From Naegleria gruberi (Eukaryota), in the NCBI GenBank assembly GCA_000004985.1, contig GG738907.1: a stretch of 64,000 nucleotides of DNA; one strand, given 5' to 3'. Numbering within the stretch: the stretch's first letter is position 1; each line of letters opens with the position of its first letter. The position numbers and the translations under genes were made by a program. The notes beneath the pieces were generated by a model. That model was not told where the DNA came from and did not search any database. It saw only the letters and a list, made by a program, of their open reading frames with translations. Below are positions 10,101 through 22,315 of this stretch, in pieces.

Positions 10101-13100
10101 ATGTCTACGGCTACGACATCATCGAAAAAGAAGTCAAGATCCTCATCATCTTCGGGTGGTGTTGAACGTGGCAAGACCATCAAAAAGTCGAATTATTACT
10201 TGATGGGAGAGCGTGAACCAACCAGTGAAATGTTTCAAACTCATATGGACAAGTTGGTTCAACCTCATGTTTCATCATTCGATGCTTTTGGTAATGAAAT
10301 GATGGAAAATATTGCTAAATTTTTATTTCCACTTCACTTGTTCCCAATTAGAGTCGGAGGTAAGAAAACAGATGATAGTACTACTACTACTCCAAATACT
10401 ACAGCAGCAACAACAACAACCATAACCACAACAACAACTACTCTCAGATACTCAACATATATTGAATCAATGAGTTTATCAAAGCCTGTTGTTGGAGATA
10501 ATTTAGTAGACCAAACTGTTTTATCCGAGAAGAGAATGGATGATGAATCACAACAAACACTAGGTGCTTTTACTTCTTCACAAAAAAGAAAAGGCTTACG
10601 TAAGGAAATGTATCCAAAGGATGCTCGTATTGCTGGTGTTAACTATGGAGGAAGTTTAAAGGCAACAATTTTGTTAAAGAACGAAGAAACAGGAGCCATT
10701 GAACGTATTCCTGATATCCAACTTATGGAAGATTTCCCAGTTATGATTAATTCATCATTCTGTAACTTGCCTAAACTTTCTCCAAAACAAAAGATGTTGC
10801 AAGGTGAAGAAGAACACGAATCTGGTGGTTATTTCGTTGTTAGAGGAAGTGAAGTTGTCTATCGTCTCTTAACACAACAACGTGCCAATTTCCCATTTGC
10901 TATTACACGTCCTTCTTGGATGGGTTATAAGGAAGATTTTACTGATAAAGGTATTTTGGTGAGATGTAGACATCCAAAGACACTTATAACGAGATTGGTA
11001 AATATTCACTACAGAAGAGATGGTGTCGTTTTCATGAGAGCTGGTAATCCAGTGCCATTCTATATTAACATTGTTTTGGCATTGAAAGCTTTGAGAGAAT
11101 GTTCCGATAGAGATTTGTTCTTGCTACTTACTGCTGGTACCAAGAATAAGGTTACTTTGGATCGTGTTGTTGAACTTTTGGGTGATTTTAGAAAGACTTT
11201 CCCAACTGTTCAAACTCGTGAAGATGCCATCATTGCTTTGGGTACAATTTATGATCCACACGGATTGAGAAGATTGGAAGAACCAGTTGATAAGAACAAA
11301 TTAATCAAATCTGGTTATGAAGTTCTTAAAAATATCATTTTACCAATGTTTATTGATGAAGATGCGGATATGGAAACAAAGGAAGATTTGAGAATTACTC
11401 CAACTGCTTCAGAATGTCAAAAGAAATTCGATTTTTTGGTTTATTGTGTTCAAAAATTATACAAATTTGTCGATGGTGAAATTGCTGAGGAAAATTTGGA
11501 CGATTTTGATAACCACGAGCTGTTGACTGTTGGTGAAGTTCTTTCCAACGTTATTCCACTTATTATTTATAACAAGATTCAACTTGCACATGGTACTTGT
11601 GCCAAACTATTGATGAAATCGGCAACTACAATGCAACCAGATATGTTGGAACAAAAATATCTTGCTCTCTTTAGAGACAAGTGTAAGAGTATTCTTTCTA
11701 AGGCATGTCCAAATGATATTAACAGACTTTTCAGTGTTGGTGATGTTTCAGTTTCTGCTCCTTTCCGTCCAGAATTGTCTCAAACTCGTGCTCTCTTTAC
11801 CAAACTTGAAAGAATCAACTTTTTGAGAGTTATTTCTCACTTCCGTGCTACTCACAGAGGTATTGCCTTCTTGGATTCTAATTCAACACGTATGAGAAGA
11901 TTGACACCATCATTCTGGGGGTTCATTTGTCCTGTTCACTCTCCTGATGGTCACTTGTGCGGTCTCGTAAACCACTTGTCACAAACCACTGAAATTGTTA
12001 CACATCAAGCCAAACCAAAGGAATTGAGATCTGTTGTCGAAATGTGTTTGAAATTGGGTATGCTTCCTTCATCTACTGAAAAGTGTATTTCAGTTTCTAT
12101 TGAAGATGAAGCTCCGGTCATGCTCGATGGTGCCATTATTGGTAAGGTTTCACATGATAAATTGCAAAATCTTGCTGATCAATTGAGATATTGCAAGGTT
12201 TCTGGAAAGTATGGATTACCTAAATTCATGGAAATTGCTTGTCAACCAAAGTACTCTGCTATGGATATTCCATATTTGCCACAATTGAACATCTTTACCG
12301 ATATTGCCAGAGCTGTCAGACCAGTCAGATATTTACCAACAGGTCAAGATGAATGGATTGGTAGTGCTGAACAAGTTTTTATGAATATTGCTGTTACTGT
12401 TGAAGATATTAAGCCAAATACTACTCACATGGAAATTGATCCAACTAACTTTATGAGTTTCCTTGGTAATTTGACACCATTCTGTAACTTTAACCAATCT
12501 CCTCGTTGTATTTATCAGTGCCAAATGGCCAAACAATCTATGGCAGCAGTTTTCCACAGTGTTGACCATAGAGTTGATACCAAGTTGTTCGACATGAAAT
12601 TACCACAAAAACCACTCACCAGAACTAAGCATCAAACTGATTTACCTTTCGACGAATTTAACAATGGTTGTAACGCTGTTGTTGCTGTCATTTCTTATAC
12701 AGGTTACGATATGGAAGACGCTATGATTATGAACAAGACATCATATGAAAGAGGTATGATGCACGGTACTGTTTTCAAGACTGAAGATATAGATTTAACT
12801 GAAGGAACAGCTTTCCTTACAAATAGAGTTTTCGACAAGACTGAAATGGATTCTGATTATCAAGCTAAGGAATTTGAAGATTTGGATTATGATGGTCTCC
12901 CAGAAGTTGGTTTACCACTCGATGAAGGATCTATCTTTGCTAATTATTATGATCCTGAAAAGCAAAAATTCATGCCAATGAAATGGAAAGATGTTGACTC
13001 TGCTACTGTACACAGCGTTAAAGTTATTGCAACTGACCCATCTGACTACAAGAAGGTTAAACATGCTTCCATAACTTTCAGACTCAATCGTAACCCAATT

Positions 13101-13919
13101 ATTGGTGACAAGTTTTCATCTAGACACGGTCAAAAGGGTGTCTTGTCCATTTTGTGGCCTCAAGAAGATATGCCTTTCACTGATGGTGGTATTGTCCCTG
13201 ACATTGTTATTAACCCTCACGCTTTCCCTTCACGTATGACTATTGGTATGTTAGTCGAATCAATGTCCTCCAAAGCTGGTGCTTTGCATGGTTACTTCCC
13301 AGATGCTACACCATTCAGTTTCAGCGAAGAAAATACTGCTGTTGATCACTTTGGTGAACAATTAAAGAAGGCAGGTTACAATTATCATGGTAATGAAGTT
13401 ATGTACTCTGGAGCTTTGGGTACAACTTTGAAAGCTGATATTTATATGGGTGTTGTGTACTATCAAAGATTGCGTCACATGGTTTCTGACAAGTATCAAT
13501 GTCGTGTTGGTGGTCCAACTAATGCCATTACTCATCAACCTGTTAAGGGTAGAAAGAAGGCTGGTGGTGTAAGAATGGGTGAAATGGAACGTGATGCTCT
13601 CGTTGCTTATGGTGCTGCTGCTGTTGTTAAGGATCGTTTCTTTGATTGTACAGACTCTTCAACTGCAATTGTTTGTACATGTTGTAACCAAATGAATACC
13701 ATTGTTAAACCTGATATGGGAACTGGAAGTGGTCCAATTGTTAGTGGATCAGGAATTGGAGCTAATTTGGATGAACTGTTATGTTGTGTTTGTAAAACTA
13801 ATCAACATTTGCGAACAATTTACATTCCATACACAACCAAATATCTGCACAGTGAATTGGCTGCTATGGGAGTTAATTTGAAGATTTGTGTTGATGAACA
13901 CACTAGTAGGAATATGTAA
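10101..13919 (+). CDS. DNA-directed RNA polymerase I second-largest subunit (RPA2/A135-like)
   Basis: GDKFSSRHGQKGV catalytic motif, C-terminal Cys4 zinc ribbon (CTCCNQ...CCVCK), N-terminal LVQPHVSSFDAF resembling the yeast A135 VQPHIGSFNAL segment; track ORF starts at TTG 10080, first ATG at 10101; Ser/Thr-rich insertion near N-terminus. Pol III RPC2 not fully excluded. Confidence 0.85.
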   Translation: MSTATTSSKKKSRSSSSSGGVERGKTIKKSNYYLMGEREPTSEMFQTHMDKLVQPHVSSFDAFGNEMMENIAKFLFPLHLFPIRVGGKKTDDSTTTTPNTTAATTTTITTTTTTLRYSTYIESMSLSKPVVGDNLVDQTVLSEKRMDDESQQTLGAFTSSQKRKGLRKEMYPKDARIAGVNYGGSLKATILLKNEETGAIERIPDIQLMEDFPVMINSSFCNLPKLSPKQKMLQGEEEHESGGYFVVRGSEVVYRLLTQQRANFPFAITRPSWMGYKEDFTDKGILVRCRHPKTLITRLVNIHYRRDGVVFMRAGNPVPFYINIVLALKALRECSDRDLFLLLTAGTKNKVTLDRVVELLGDFRKTFPTVQTREDAIIALGTIYDPHGLRRLEEPVDKNKLIKSGYEVLKNIILPMFIDEDADMETKEDLRITPTASECQKKFDFLVYCVQKLYKFVDGEIAEENLDDFDNHELLTVGEVLSNVIPLIIYNKIQLAHGTCAKLLMKSATTMQPDMLEQKYLALFRDKCKSILSKACPNDINRLFSVGDVSVSAPFRPELSQTRALFTKLERINFLRVISHFRATHRGIAFLDSNSTRMRRLTPSFWGFICPVHSPDGHLCGLVNHLSQTTEIVTHQAKPKELRSVVEMCLKLGMLPSSTEKCISVSIEDEAPVMLDGAIIGKVSHDKLQNLADQLRYCKVSGKYGLPKFMEIACQPKYSAMDIPYLPQLNIFTDIARAVRPVRYLPTGQDEWIGSAEQVFMNIAVTVEDIKPNTTHMEIDPTNFMSFLGNLTPFCNFNQSPRCIYQCQMAKQSMAAVFHSVDHRVDTKLFDMKLPQKPLTRTKHQTDLPFDEFNNGCNAVVAVISYTGYDMEDAMIMNKTSYERGMMHGTVFKTEDIDLTEGTAFLTNRVFDKTEMDSDYQAKEFEDLDYDGLPEVGLPLDEGSIFANYYDPEKQKFMPMKWKDVDSATVHSVKVIATDPSDYKKVKHASITFRLNRNPIIGDKFSSRHGQKGVLSILWPQEDMPFTDGGIVPDIVINPHAFPSRMTIGMLVESMSSKAGALHGYFPDATPFSFSEENTAVDHFGEQLKKAGYNYHGNEVMYSGALGTTLKADIYMGVVYYQRLRHMVSDKYQCRVGGPTNAITHQPVKGRKKAGGVRMGEMERDALVAYGAAAVVKDRFFDCTDSSTAIVCTCCNQMNTIVKPDMGTGSGPIVSGSGIGANLDELLCCVCKTNQHLRTIYIPYTTKYLHSELAAMGVNLKICVDEHTSRNM

Positions 13920-14535
13920 ATTTTCAATTTTATAAAATAATATGTTATCATTAAGAATGTTGCAAAATCCTTAATGTACTAAGGCAAAATACCAAATCCA
14001 TTTGCACGTGATTTCCTTTTCAAAGAAACTAAGAACACCAGAAGAATCGTATTATTGTGTTATCATCTCTTCCTTGTTTCGTCTTTACATTTATCTGTTA
14101 TCCTAATATTGACGATAGCATCACTGCTGAAAACAAAGCCTGAATATCCTTTAAGTCGTTCTTGCATTACCCCACTAATAAAGTAGAAAATTGATGGCTT
14201 TCAATTTTTTTTTAAAATTTATTTTTGAAAAAAATACAACAAGCGCGCGGACAAAATTTGCCTTCATTTTTTGGTCAATTCATCATCATTATTCATCAAG
14301 AGTGTGCGCTGTGGCCAAATTAGCATCATCATCGTCTATTGTTTTCAGTTCTCTTCGTTTTGGTTTTGGATAGTATTGGAGAGTTGAAGAATTGAGTTGA
14401 ACATTTAATATATTCGAAAGAGTTTCATTTTGTATTAATTGTTGTTGTTTGATAAGAAAAGTAAATTAATTGTCATCATCAATACGTGATCATCATCAAT
14501 TTAAAATAATATATAAATAATAACAAGAGAGAATA

Positions 14536-15735
14536 ATGGGAAATTGTTTCGGCGGTGATCAACCGGATAAAGGCAAACAAACACCAGTTGGTGACCCGAA
14601 TACTGTAAAGAAGAGTAATGGAAAACGATTATTGTTGGTGGGTGCAGGAGATTCAGGAAAAAGTACGTGATTGATATCTAGTTGAGTCTTTAACTATTTT
14701 ATTATTATTATAGGTACGATATTTAAACAATTGAAAAGATTATTCTCGCAAGGTTTCGCACCAGATGAACTGCAGAATCTGAGACCATATATTTTGGATA
14801 ATGTCAGTAGAAATATGATAAACCTGTGCTATGCCACACAACAATTAAATATTCCAATAGATCAGGAAAATATAGAGAGAAGAGATTTGTTTGCTGGTAT
14901 GTATGCAGATACGAGAGCATCGATGGCAAATGCTAAAAAGTGGAATGCAAATACAGCAAACGATTTTAAATTACTGTGGAAAGATAATGGGTAAGTGAAA
15001 AACAAATAATAATTATCGAATTAATTTGGAAATTCAATAGAATTAAAACAGCATTCAGACAATACAGAGGTACATATCAAATAGAAGATGGTGCACCTTA
15101 TTATTTCGATAAAATAGAAGAGTTAGCTAATCCTGAATGGGTACCACTTGAAGAGGATATTTTAAGAACAAGAATCAAGACAGTTGGTCTTGTGGAGCAG
15201 CAATTTGTTTGTGATGGAACCAATTTTTCAATTATTGATGTTGGTAAGTTTTGTAATATAATTCAGAATTTTGTAAAATATTGTAATCATAGGTGGTCAA
15301 AGAAATGAACGTAAAAAGTGGTTGCGTAACTTTGAGGATGTCGACGCAATTATATATGTCTGTAGTTTATCAGAGTTTGATCAATCGTGTTATGAAGATG
15401 GTATCACAAACAGAATGATAGAATCTCTATCATTATTTGACAGTTACATTTCATCAGATTATTTTAAAACATCACTGGTGTACTTGGTAATGAACAAACA
15501 AGATTTATTCGAAGACAAAATCAATCTCGGAATTAGATTGCAAAACACATTTTCAGATTACACTGGTAATGACGTAGCATCAGCAAAACAATTTATTGAA
15601 GAAAAATACAAAGTGTTAGATACTTTTGAGAGATTACGATCGGTAATGTATTTAACTGCTTTGGACACTGCAAAAATTAAGGAAATGTTAACTTTTATCA
15701 TAGGAGACATGAATCAAGCTGAAACTGAAATATAA
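14536..15735 (+). CDS. heterotrimeric G-protein alpha subunit; CDS join(14536..14662,14714..14990,15041..15243,15293..15735), 349 aa
   Basis: MGNCFGG N-terminus (myristoylation/palmitoylation context), GAGDSGKSTIFKQLK P-loop reconstituted across intron 1, RTRIKTVGL, DVGGQRNERKKW across intron 3, NKQD, TALD; three GTAAGT/GTACGT...AG introns of 49-51 bp; exon lengths sum to 1050 nt in frame. Confidence 0.85.
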
Positions 15736-15742
15736 TTATTTT

Positions 15743-18700
15743 CTACAAATCATCAAGATATGACAAGTCATCAAAATCTATTTCTGTTGGAGTATTCTTT
15801 TTTCCTTCATCTGTTTTAGTATTGTCCTGTGTCAATTTGATATCAGAGTTCATTTCACTAAAATTAATCGTTGGTTTAAGTGTTTGGATAGGTTCATTAA
15901 ATGATAAATCCTTTTCCAAGTTTGTTGAACTGGTATCTTTCTCAGGAGTCGGTGTCATGAACTCAAACTCTTCAATAATTTCCACTTCACTTCCTGTTGA
16001 AAGTTTTTTCTTTTTTGGAGTGTTATCTTGAGCTTGAATTTCCTCTTTTTCAGGTAGGGAAATTTGATCTATCTTTCGTTTAGAGCTACTACCCTCTTCC
16101 ATTTCTTTCATAATCTCATCAGCGGCATTAAAATCAACTTCTTCATCGCTGAATTCATACTCATTTTCTTCTTCCGTGGTGTTATTAATATTAGTGGTTG
16201 GCTCTTCAGGTGAACCTGATGGTTTGTTCTCTTCAAAGTCATATTCCATTTCATCTTCATCAACCTCAATTTTATGTTTGTGTCGAACAGCAGAGAGCTT
16301 TTCCAAGTGCTTGTTCTTTTCTTTTGGTTTTGAAACCAAAAGATCTTCACTCAGAATACTGTCATCAATATCATCGTCGTCCAATAAAAGTTGCTTACTA
16401 GGCTTATTGATAGGATGATAACAATGTTTAAACTTGCTTAAAAAGTCAAAATCGTTATTGGCCAAAATAATGTCGCTAAGCCAAATAGAACCTGGAATTT
16501 TTTGGGCATGTCCAATAACTTTGCTCCAATATGATCCTCTCAATAGAGTTTTCATTTTACCAACAATAACCAAGTGATTTCTTGCTCTAGAGAGTGCTAC
16601 ATTCAAACGTTGTTTTTGTTCAATGAAAGCCAATCCGTATTCACTTGTTCTTGATGTTGAAACAAAGACAATATTCTTTTCACCACCTTGGAAGGCATCA
16701 ACAGTACTCACTTTAACTGGCTTTAAATTGTTGGTAATGAATTGAGTTTTAAGGTATGTCTCTTGCGTCTTGTATAAGGCAATGACACCAATATCTTCGT
16801 GTGCAATACCATTTTGAAGCAAGAGTTGAATAAAGTGGATTATAGCCTTGGTTTCAAGTTCATTCTTATACGAGTTGTTTTCTAAAGTTTCAGTTCCATT
16901 TTCACAATCAATTACAAGTACAGGTGGCATTCCAGGAATGAGAGCCTCTCTGTCTTCTTCAGTTATACCATCCACCAGTTTTTTGTCATAGAATAGTTCA
17001 TTGGTAATTCTTGAAATTTTTGGATGGCAACGATATTGTGTTCTAAGCAAGTGAGGTTCACAACCAATATTTGACAATCTGATAAATATTGTCTTTTCAA
17101 GAGAATCTTCCTTATTTTCGCCACTTCTACTACCTGTAAGAGTTGGTGGAAGCTGCAAAGGATCACCAACAGCAACAAATTTCATGCAACTAAATCTAGC
17201 AAGTGGAAGTAAAGCAAGAGGTTCCAAACACTGAGAACTTTCGTCAAGAATGAGAATGGAGAACTTTTGATTTTTTAAAACTTCAAAACCAGTGGCTGCA
17301 CATGTAACTCCAACAACACGGGCATCCTTGATAGATTGCTTTCTGTTTTCATAGACACCACTTTTGAGATCCTTGATAGCTTGCTTGATACCAGCTTCTT
17401 CATCAGCATCAATGTCCTTATCCTTTAACATATCCTGAAGGGATTTGATTTGGTCTTTAACAGATGTGTTCTCAGTGCTAACAGTGTAGGGAAGGACCGA
17501 TTTGGCGATCTTCTTTTGACTACCAACTCTGACAAGATTTTTGTAATTTTCAGTGATAAGACCTTCCAGAATGTTATCTACGGCAACATTAGTAACTGAG
17601 GCAATGAGAATTCTTATTGAAGAGTTGTCTGCCTCATCCAATATTCTACACATAAATAATATGAGAACAATCAATAATGTGGTCTTTCCCGCACCAAAAA
17701 CACCATGAACTAGTTATTGTTAGAATAATCAATTAAAGGAAATTAAAAACATACCTAAACAAATTGGAGAAGAAACATCACCCTTCTCAAACCACTTGGC
17801 ACATCTGTAAATAAGATTACCCTGATCCTCATTAAGCTTGTATTCTTCTATAAATGATTTGGCAGTATTGTATATTTCGTCGTGATCCATTTCCAATTCA
17901 AAAGAAACAACTTGTTGATCGGATGCATCTTGTTTCTCTTCATTATCACCCTTGGATTCATCTTCGGTTGCAGTTTTTTCAATTGGTGGTTTAAATTTTG
18001 TTTTCAATCTCTTTCTGAACAATTCCAGTGATTCTTGTTCTGTTGTACCCAATATTTCAGTTAGGAGTGGTAACTTGAGTGGATCCAATTCTGTCAAGTT
18101 TTCAATCATTTCAAATTCAGTAGAAAAGTTTGGACCTCTAATAGCAAATAGTGTCTCTTGCTCTAAATTGACTCCAAGTCCACTAATAATTTCCAATTCA
18201 ACTTTACCATCCTTGTCAGGTCCATGGAAAACACTTTTGGCAAGTACCAAGTGGCCAGTTTTGTATTGGAAATCCTTAGACTTTGACAATATCCAAATGT
18301 CATCCTTGGCATAAACGGCACTCTTTTCCTTGTTTTCTATTTGTAAGAACCATTGAGTAATGGCAGTCTTCTTTCTTGAAGAACCAAAAGTTTGCTTTAC
18401 AAGATCACAACCAAAATAAAAATGAATTCCATTTCTTCTAAAGAAGGACATTCTATCAAAGTCTCCTGTCTTATTTTCCAAGAAACCATTTCTACTATTT
18501 GTAACAAAGGATGGATGAACATTGTTGGCCCAAGAAAAAAAGTTGCAGGTATCATTCATAGTTGACTTTCCGCATCCATAGAATGGTTTGCCCTTGTTTG
18601 GTCCATCTTTCTTGACAATCTTCAATTTGGCCTTGAGGCTACATTTGCAATTAGGAGCATTATCATTCTTTGGTGCTCCTGCCATTGATCCAGTCTGAGT

Positions 18701-20896
18701 AATCTTACGATAGGTTTTGTAAAAATTATTGGCCAGATTGAACATTTGTAAATTCATTTCCTCAAAGATGGCATCCAAAAAAACAGCCTTATAGTGTTCA
18801 ATAGTTGTGAATTTGTTTGGAACCTCAATAAATCGTTTTGGATGAGTATTGTTCTGTTCATAAAGATCATTCATTTCCATATCTGGAAAGATTATTTCAT
18901 GTTTGGTCCTCTTGAGTTTTTGTACCAATGATAGAATTGGAATATCGGTTGTATTGGAGTGAGATACTGATGATTCTTTTGGAGATTCTTTCTGACCCAT
19001 ACTCAATTGAGTTTGTTTAAATTTCTTATTAGGTGAAACTCTTGTTGGTGGAGCAAACTTTTGAGCGGGAAGAGAGTTTGGTGGAGTAGCATGTTGACAA
19101 GAGGAAGAGGATGATGCAGAAGAAGGAGAAGGAGGAATAAATCTTTGAGGAGGTGTGAAGGTAGTTGAACCACTAGACTTGTTACTGGACACTGATGATG
19201 GAGCTTGAGGAGTTGTGAAATTAGAGGAGCCAGTATCATCATCATCGTCGTCATCGTCCATTAAAAGTTGTCGCTTATGTGGTTGACTTGGTTTTGGTGT
19301 CGATTTCACTGGGGGTTTCACTGTTTGGGTTGGTGGATTAAATGTGGACTTTTTAACTTTTGGTGGACTATCCAATTTCAAATCCTCATCTGAATCTACA
19401 TCAAGATTTTCCAAACTGAGATCAAGTTGTGGGGTTGGTAGTTTTTGTTTTTGTACAATTCTCGAAGCTGACTGAAAGTTTGAGCTGGTATTTACATTAT
19501 TTACACTCGTAAAAGGAGTTGTCTTTTTAGGGATATTGGTTTGTGATTGAATGTTTGGTCTAGAATTTGATTTGGTTTCTGGAATGGAAATCAGACCATC
19601 TTGGAAGTCATCGTCATCCATAAGAAGATCAATTTTTGGTTTGTTGGCTTGGTTGTGAGAAGCTGGCTTACTCATTGATTGTCCTCCTACAGCTCTGTTT
19701 GATGAAGCACTCACGGGAGGGTGCTGTTGTGCCTTAGGTACTTGAATCTCGTCCTCTTCCTCTAATATGTAATCACTTTCATTGTACGGCACCTCCTTTT
19801 CCTCTTCTTCAAATGATGGAGGTCTGTACAGGGCTCTAGTAGGCTTATTTTGATTATTTTCAAATTTACTCTTTAGGAATGAAGCTGTTGAGGAGTGATT
19901 GGAAGTTTCCTTTTCAAACTCGAGTTCAGTAAAATCAAATGTTTCGTCATCCTCTTCGTCGTAGATCTGTGGAGTGGATGATGCCCCTCTTGCATAACTA
20001 GGTTGTTGTTGTTGAGGTGGATTATATCTATTATTTAAATTAGTATTTTGATTGGCAAGGTTTGAAACTTTTTGTTGGTTGACGACCTGCTTCGGAGTAG
20101 CTTGACTAGCACTCTTAAATGATGAAGTATTATTTGCTTGACCGTAACGACTAGTTGGTGTTGTTGTGGCAGAATCATTCTTGAAGAATTTACTTGTTAC
20201 AGCAGGTTTTGTTGATGGAATATCAACATCTCCAAAATCTATTTCACCATCCTCCAAGGAAAACTCATCATCCAAGTCTTGTTGTTGTTGAACAGCTCGT
20301 GCTGGAGGAAGCCTTGAAGTGTTAGTGGAAACAGCTGAAGGTTGTTGTTGTTGGAAAATTGGTGATGGAGTCAATCTGGAAGGCTTTGGATTGCCTTCTT
20401 GTTGATTTCCCTGTTGTTGCTGGTCGCTACCATAATTCTTCTTCCATGAATCATAATTCTCCTTTAGAGGAGGCTTGAATTTCTTGACTGATGTAGTAGT
20501 AGTAGTTGTTCTGGTTATTGTTGGAGTGGTCCGAGAAGGCTGCTGAGAAGATTGGGAAGGCCTTGATTGTTGTGAGGTTGATGTTATTGATGATATATTA
20601 CTATTATTATTATTGCTACTCGATGATGAAGCCTCTGATGATGATGAAATTTCGTCTTCAATTTGAATTTTCAGACTCTTTGTTGTAAATTCCTCTCCAT
20701 TCTCCACATTTGTTATGCCATCACAGTGAGACATGAAAGTTTGCTCCACCTTGTTATTCTTCTCATCGAGAATGATCAATGATTTAGTATCCACATTGTA
20801 CTTTAAAAATCCGTCCTTGTATGATGGAGCCTTCTTTCTCAATTGATTGGTGTAGAGAATTCGGAAGGTTTTAATATTATTAGTATTAGAAGACAT
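15743..20896 (-). CDS. ZGRF1-like protein: DUF2439 N-terminal domain, GRF-type zinc finger and C-terminal Upf1-like SF1B helicase; CDS complement(join(15743..17709,17755..20896)) approx, ~1700 aa
   Basis: N-terminus FRILYTNQLRKKAPSYKDGFLKY (DUF2439/Mte1-like); GRF zinc finger CKCSLKAKLKIVKKDGPNKGKPFYGCGKSTMNDTCNFFSW; helicase motifs VHGVFGAGKTT (I, reconstituted across a 45-bp GTATGT..AG intron), ILILDESSQ (II), VAVGDPLQLPPT (III), QYRCHP (IV), TVDAFQGGEKNIVF (V), LNVALSRARNHLVIVG (VI); long Ser/Gln/Asn-rich linker. Confidence 0.8.
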
Positions 20897-21127
20897 TCAC
20901 AGAGAGATCGGAACCTTCTGTTAATTCCGATTAATGATGATGATAGCTGAAGCCTTCTCAACTAAAAGATTTGATGACTGGATAAGAGCAGAAAAACACA
21001 GCTTGAAATTTTTTGTTTTTTTTGTTTGTGGCAATTTTTATCGACTCTTCACTGGAATTTCGCAATACCAAAAAAACAAAGAAACTGGAGGCTTGATGGT
21101 GAATGAATTGACAAGTCTTTTAAAAAA
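20897..21127. promoter_or_regulatory. AT-rich divergent intergenic region between two head-to-head genes (putative shared promoter)
   Basis: 231 bp between start codons of minus-strand ZGRF1-like gene and plus-strand ORF; inference only. Confidence 0.2.
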
Positions 21128-22219
21128 ATGCATTGTTGTTTTGATTCAGTTGTCTCGTTGTGTGTATTGAGTTTTCTTCATCACAGAGACTGGCCAATCA
21201 CAAAGCCTTTCCTAATTTCCTACACTTTCCGCAAGGTATTCAATTCCGATCGTTTCACCAGAGAATTTTTACAAAGACAATTGAAATTGGAGGATTGTGA
21301 TAAATTGGAGGAGACAATTCACAACATGTACTACAAATTTAATTCATCAAATATTAAATGTTACAAAAGAGATCAAAACAAATACCAAATGATTACCAAG
21401 CCAGGTTCTTTGAGGGATGTTTTTCGAATTTATTTTATTTCATCTATTAATGGTGAAGAATCAATGCTCACTAATAAGATTGACACTATTATCAAAGTGT
21501 TTAACAAGGAACGAAATGCCAAATTGTTGGATACGGTTGTAGAACTTGTCAAGGATGTCAAAAATAGTGTAGCTACTTTAGATTCTTTTTATGACTTGAC
21601 AGAGAATGAAGATACTCACAGTACTGTTTATTATTACTTTGGAGTTGATGAGATATCATCTGAAATCTTTCCAAGAATATTCAAGAAATTGAAAGGAGTT
21701 TATTTCCTCAATCAAGAAGAAACAGACATTTATGATTGTGCAGCATTTAACACATCAGTCGTAGTATTCACAAATTCTGGCTATCCTCTACTTATTAAAA
21801 CAGAATACACAACTAACACGGATACTTATAGAGGCCGTATTGTTGAGGAGGAAAATTGTTCAATTTATTCAGATATGATATTCACACACTCGAAACATTT
21901 CGATCAACGTGGAGATTTTCGTCCTGAATTTGAATGTAGCAGATCTAAATTATTGAAAAGTATTCAACCTTTGATATTTAAAAAAGATAGTGCAATAACT
22001 TTGATGGATGAAGTTGAACATCCTGAAAACCAAGCGAAGGATGGCTTGATTTATGCATTCTTCCAATGTGCATTTGGAGTAAAGAAAAATTATTTTGCTC
22101 AAAATGTGAAGGATGATGATTGGGTACCTCTTTGCATAGTTAAAGATGGTAAATTCATTGAAAACCATGCAGATAGTTCAGATGACGAATTTCCTTCCAA
22201 AAAAAGAAAATACAAGTAA
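21128..22219 (+). CDS. hypothetical protein (363 aa)
   Basis: ATG-initiated ORF, Lys-rich C-terminal tail (KKRKYK); no recognisable domain. Confidence 0.35.
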   Translation: MHCCFDSVVSLCVLSFLHHRDWPITKPFLISYTFRKVFNSDRFTREFLQRQLKLEDCDKLEETIHNMYYKFNSSNIKCYKRDQNKYQMITKPGSLRDVFRIYFISSINGEESMLTNKIDTIIKVFNKERNAKLLDTVVELVKDVKNSVATLDSFYDLTENEDTHSTVYYYFGVDEISSEIFPRIFKKLKGVYFLNQEETDIYDCAAFNTSVVVFTNSGYPLLIKTEYTTNTDTYRGRIVEEENCSIYSDMIFTHSKHFDQRGDFRPEFECSRSKLLKSIQPLIFKKDSAITLMDEVEHPENQAKDGLIYAFFQCAFGVKKNYFAQNVKDDDWVPLCIVKDGKFIENHADSSDDEFPSKKRKYK

Positions 22220-22315
22220 ACAACAAGTTGTTGTGGCAGAATGGCAAACAAACAAATCGAACAAATTTCGTTCAACTCAGAAATCTTCCCAGTTGTTGTT
22301 TATTTTAAACCTAGC

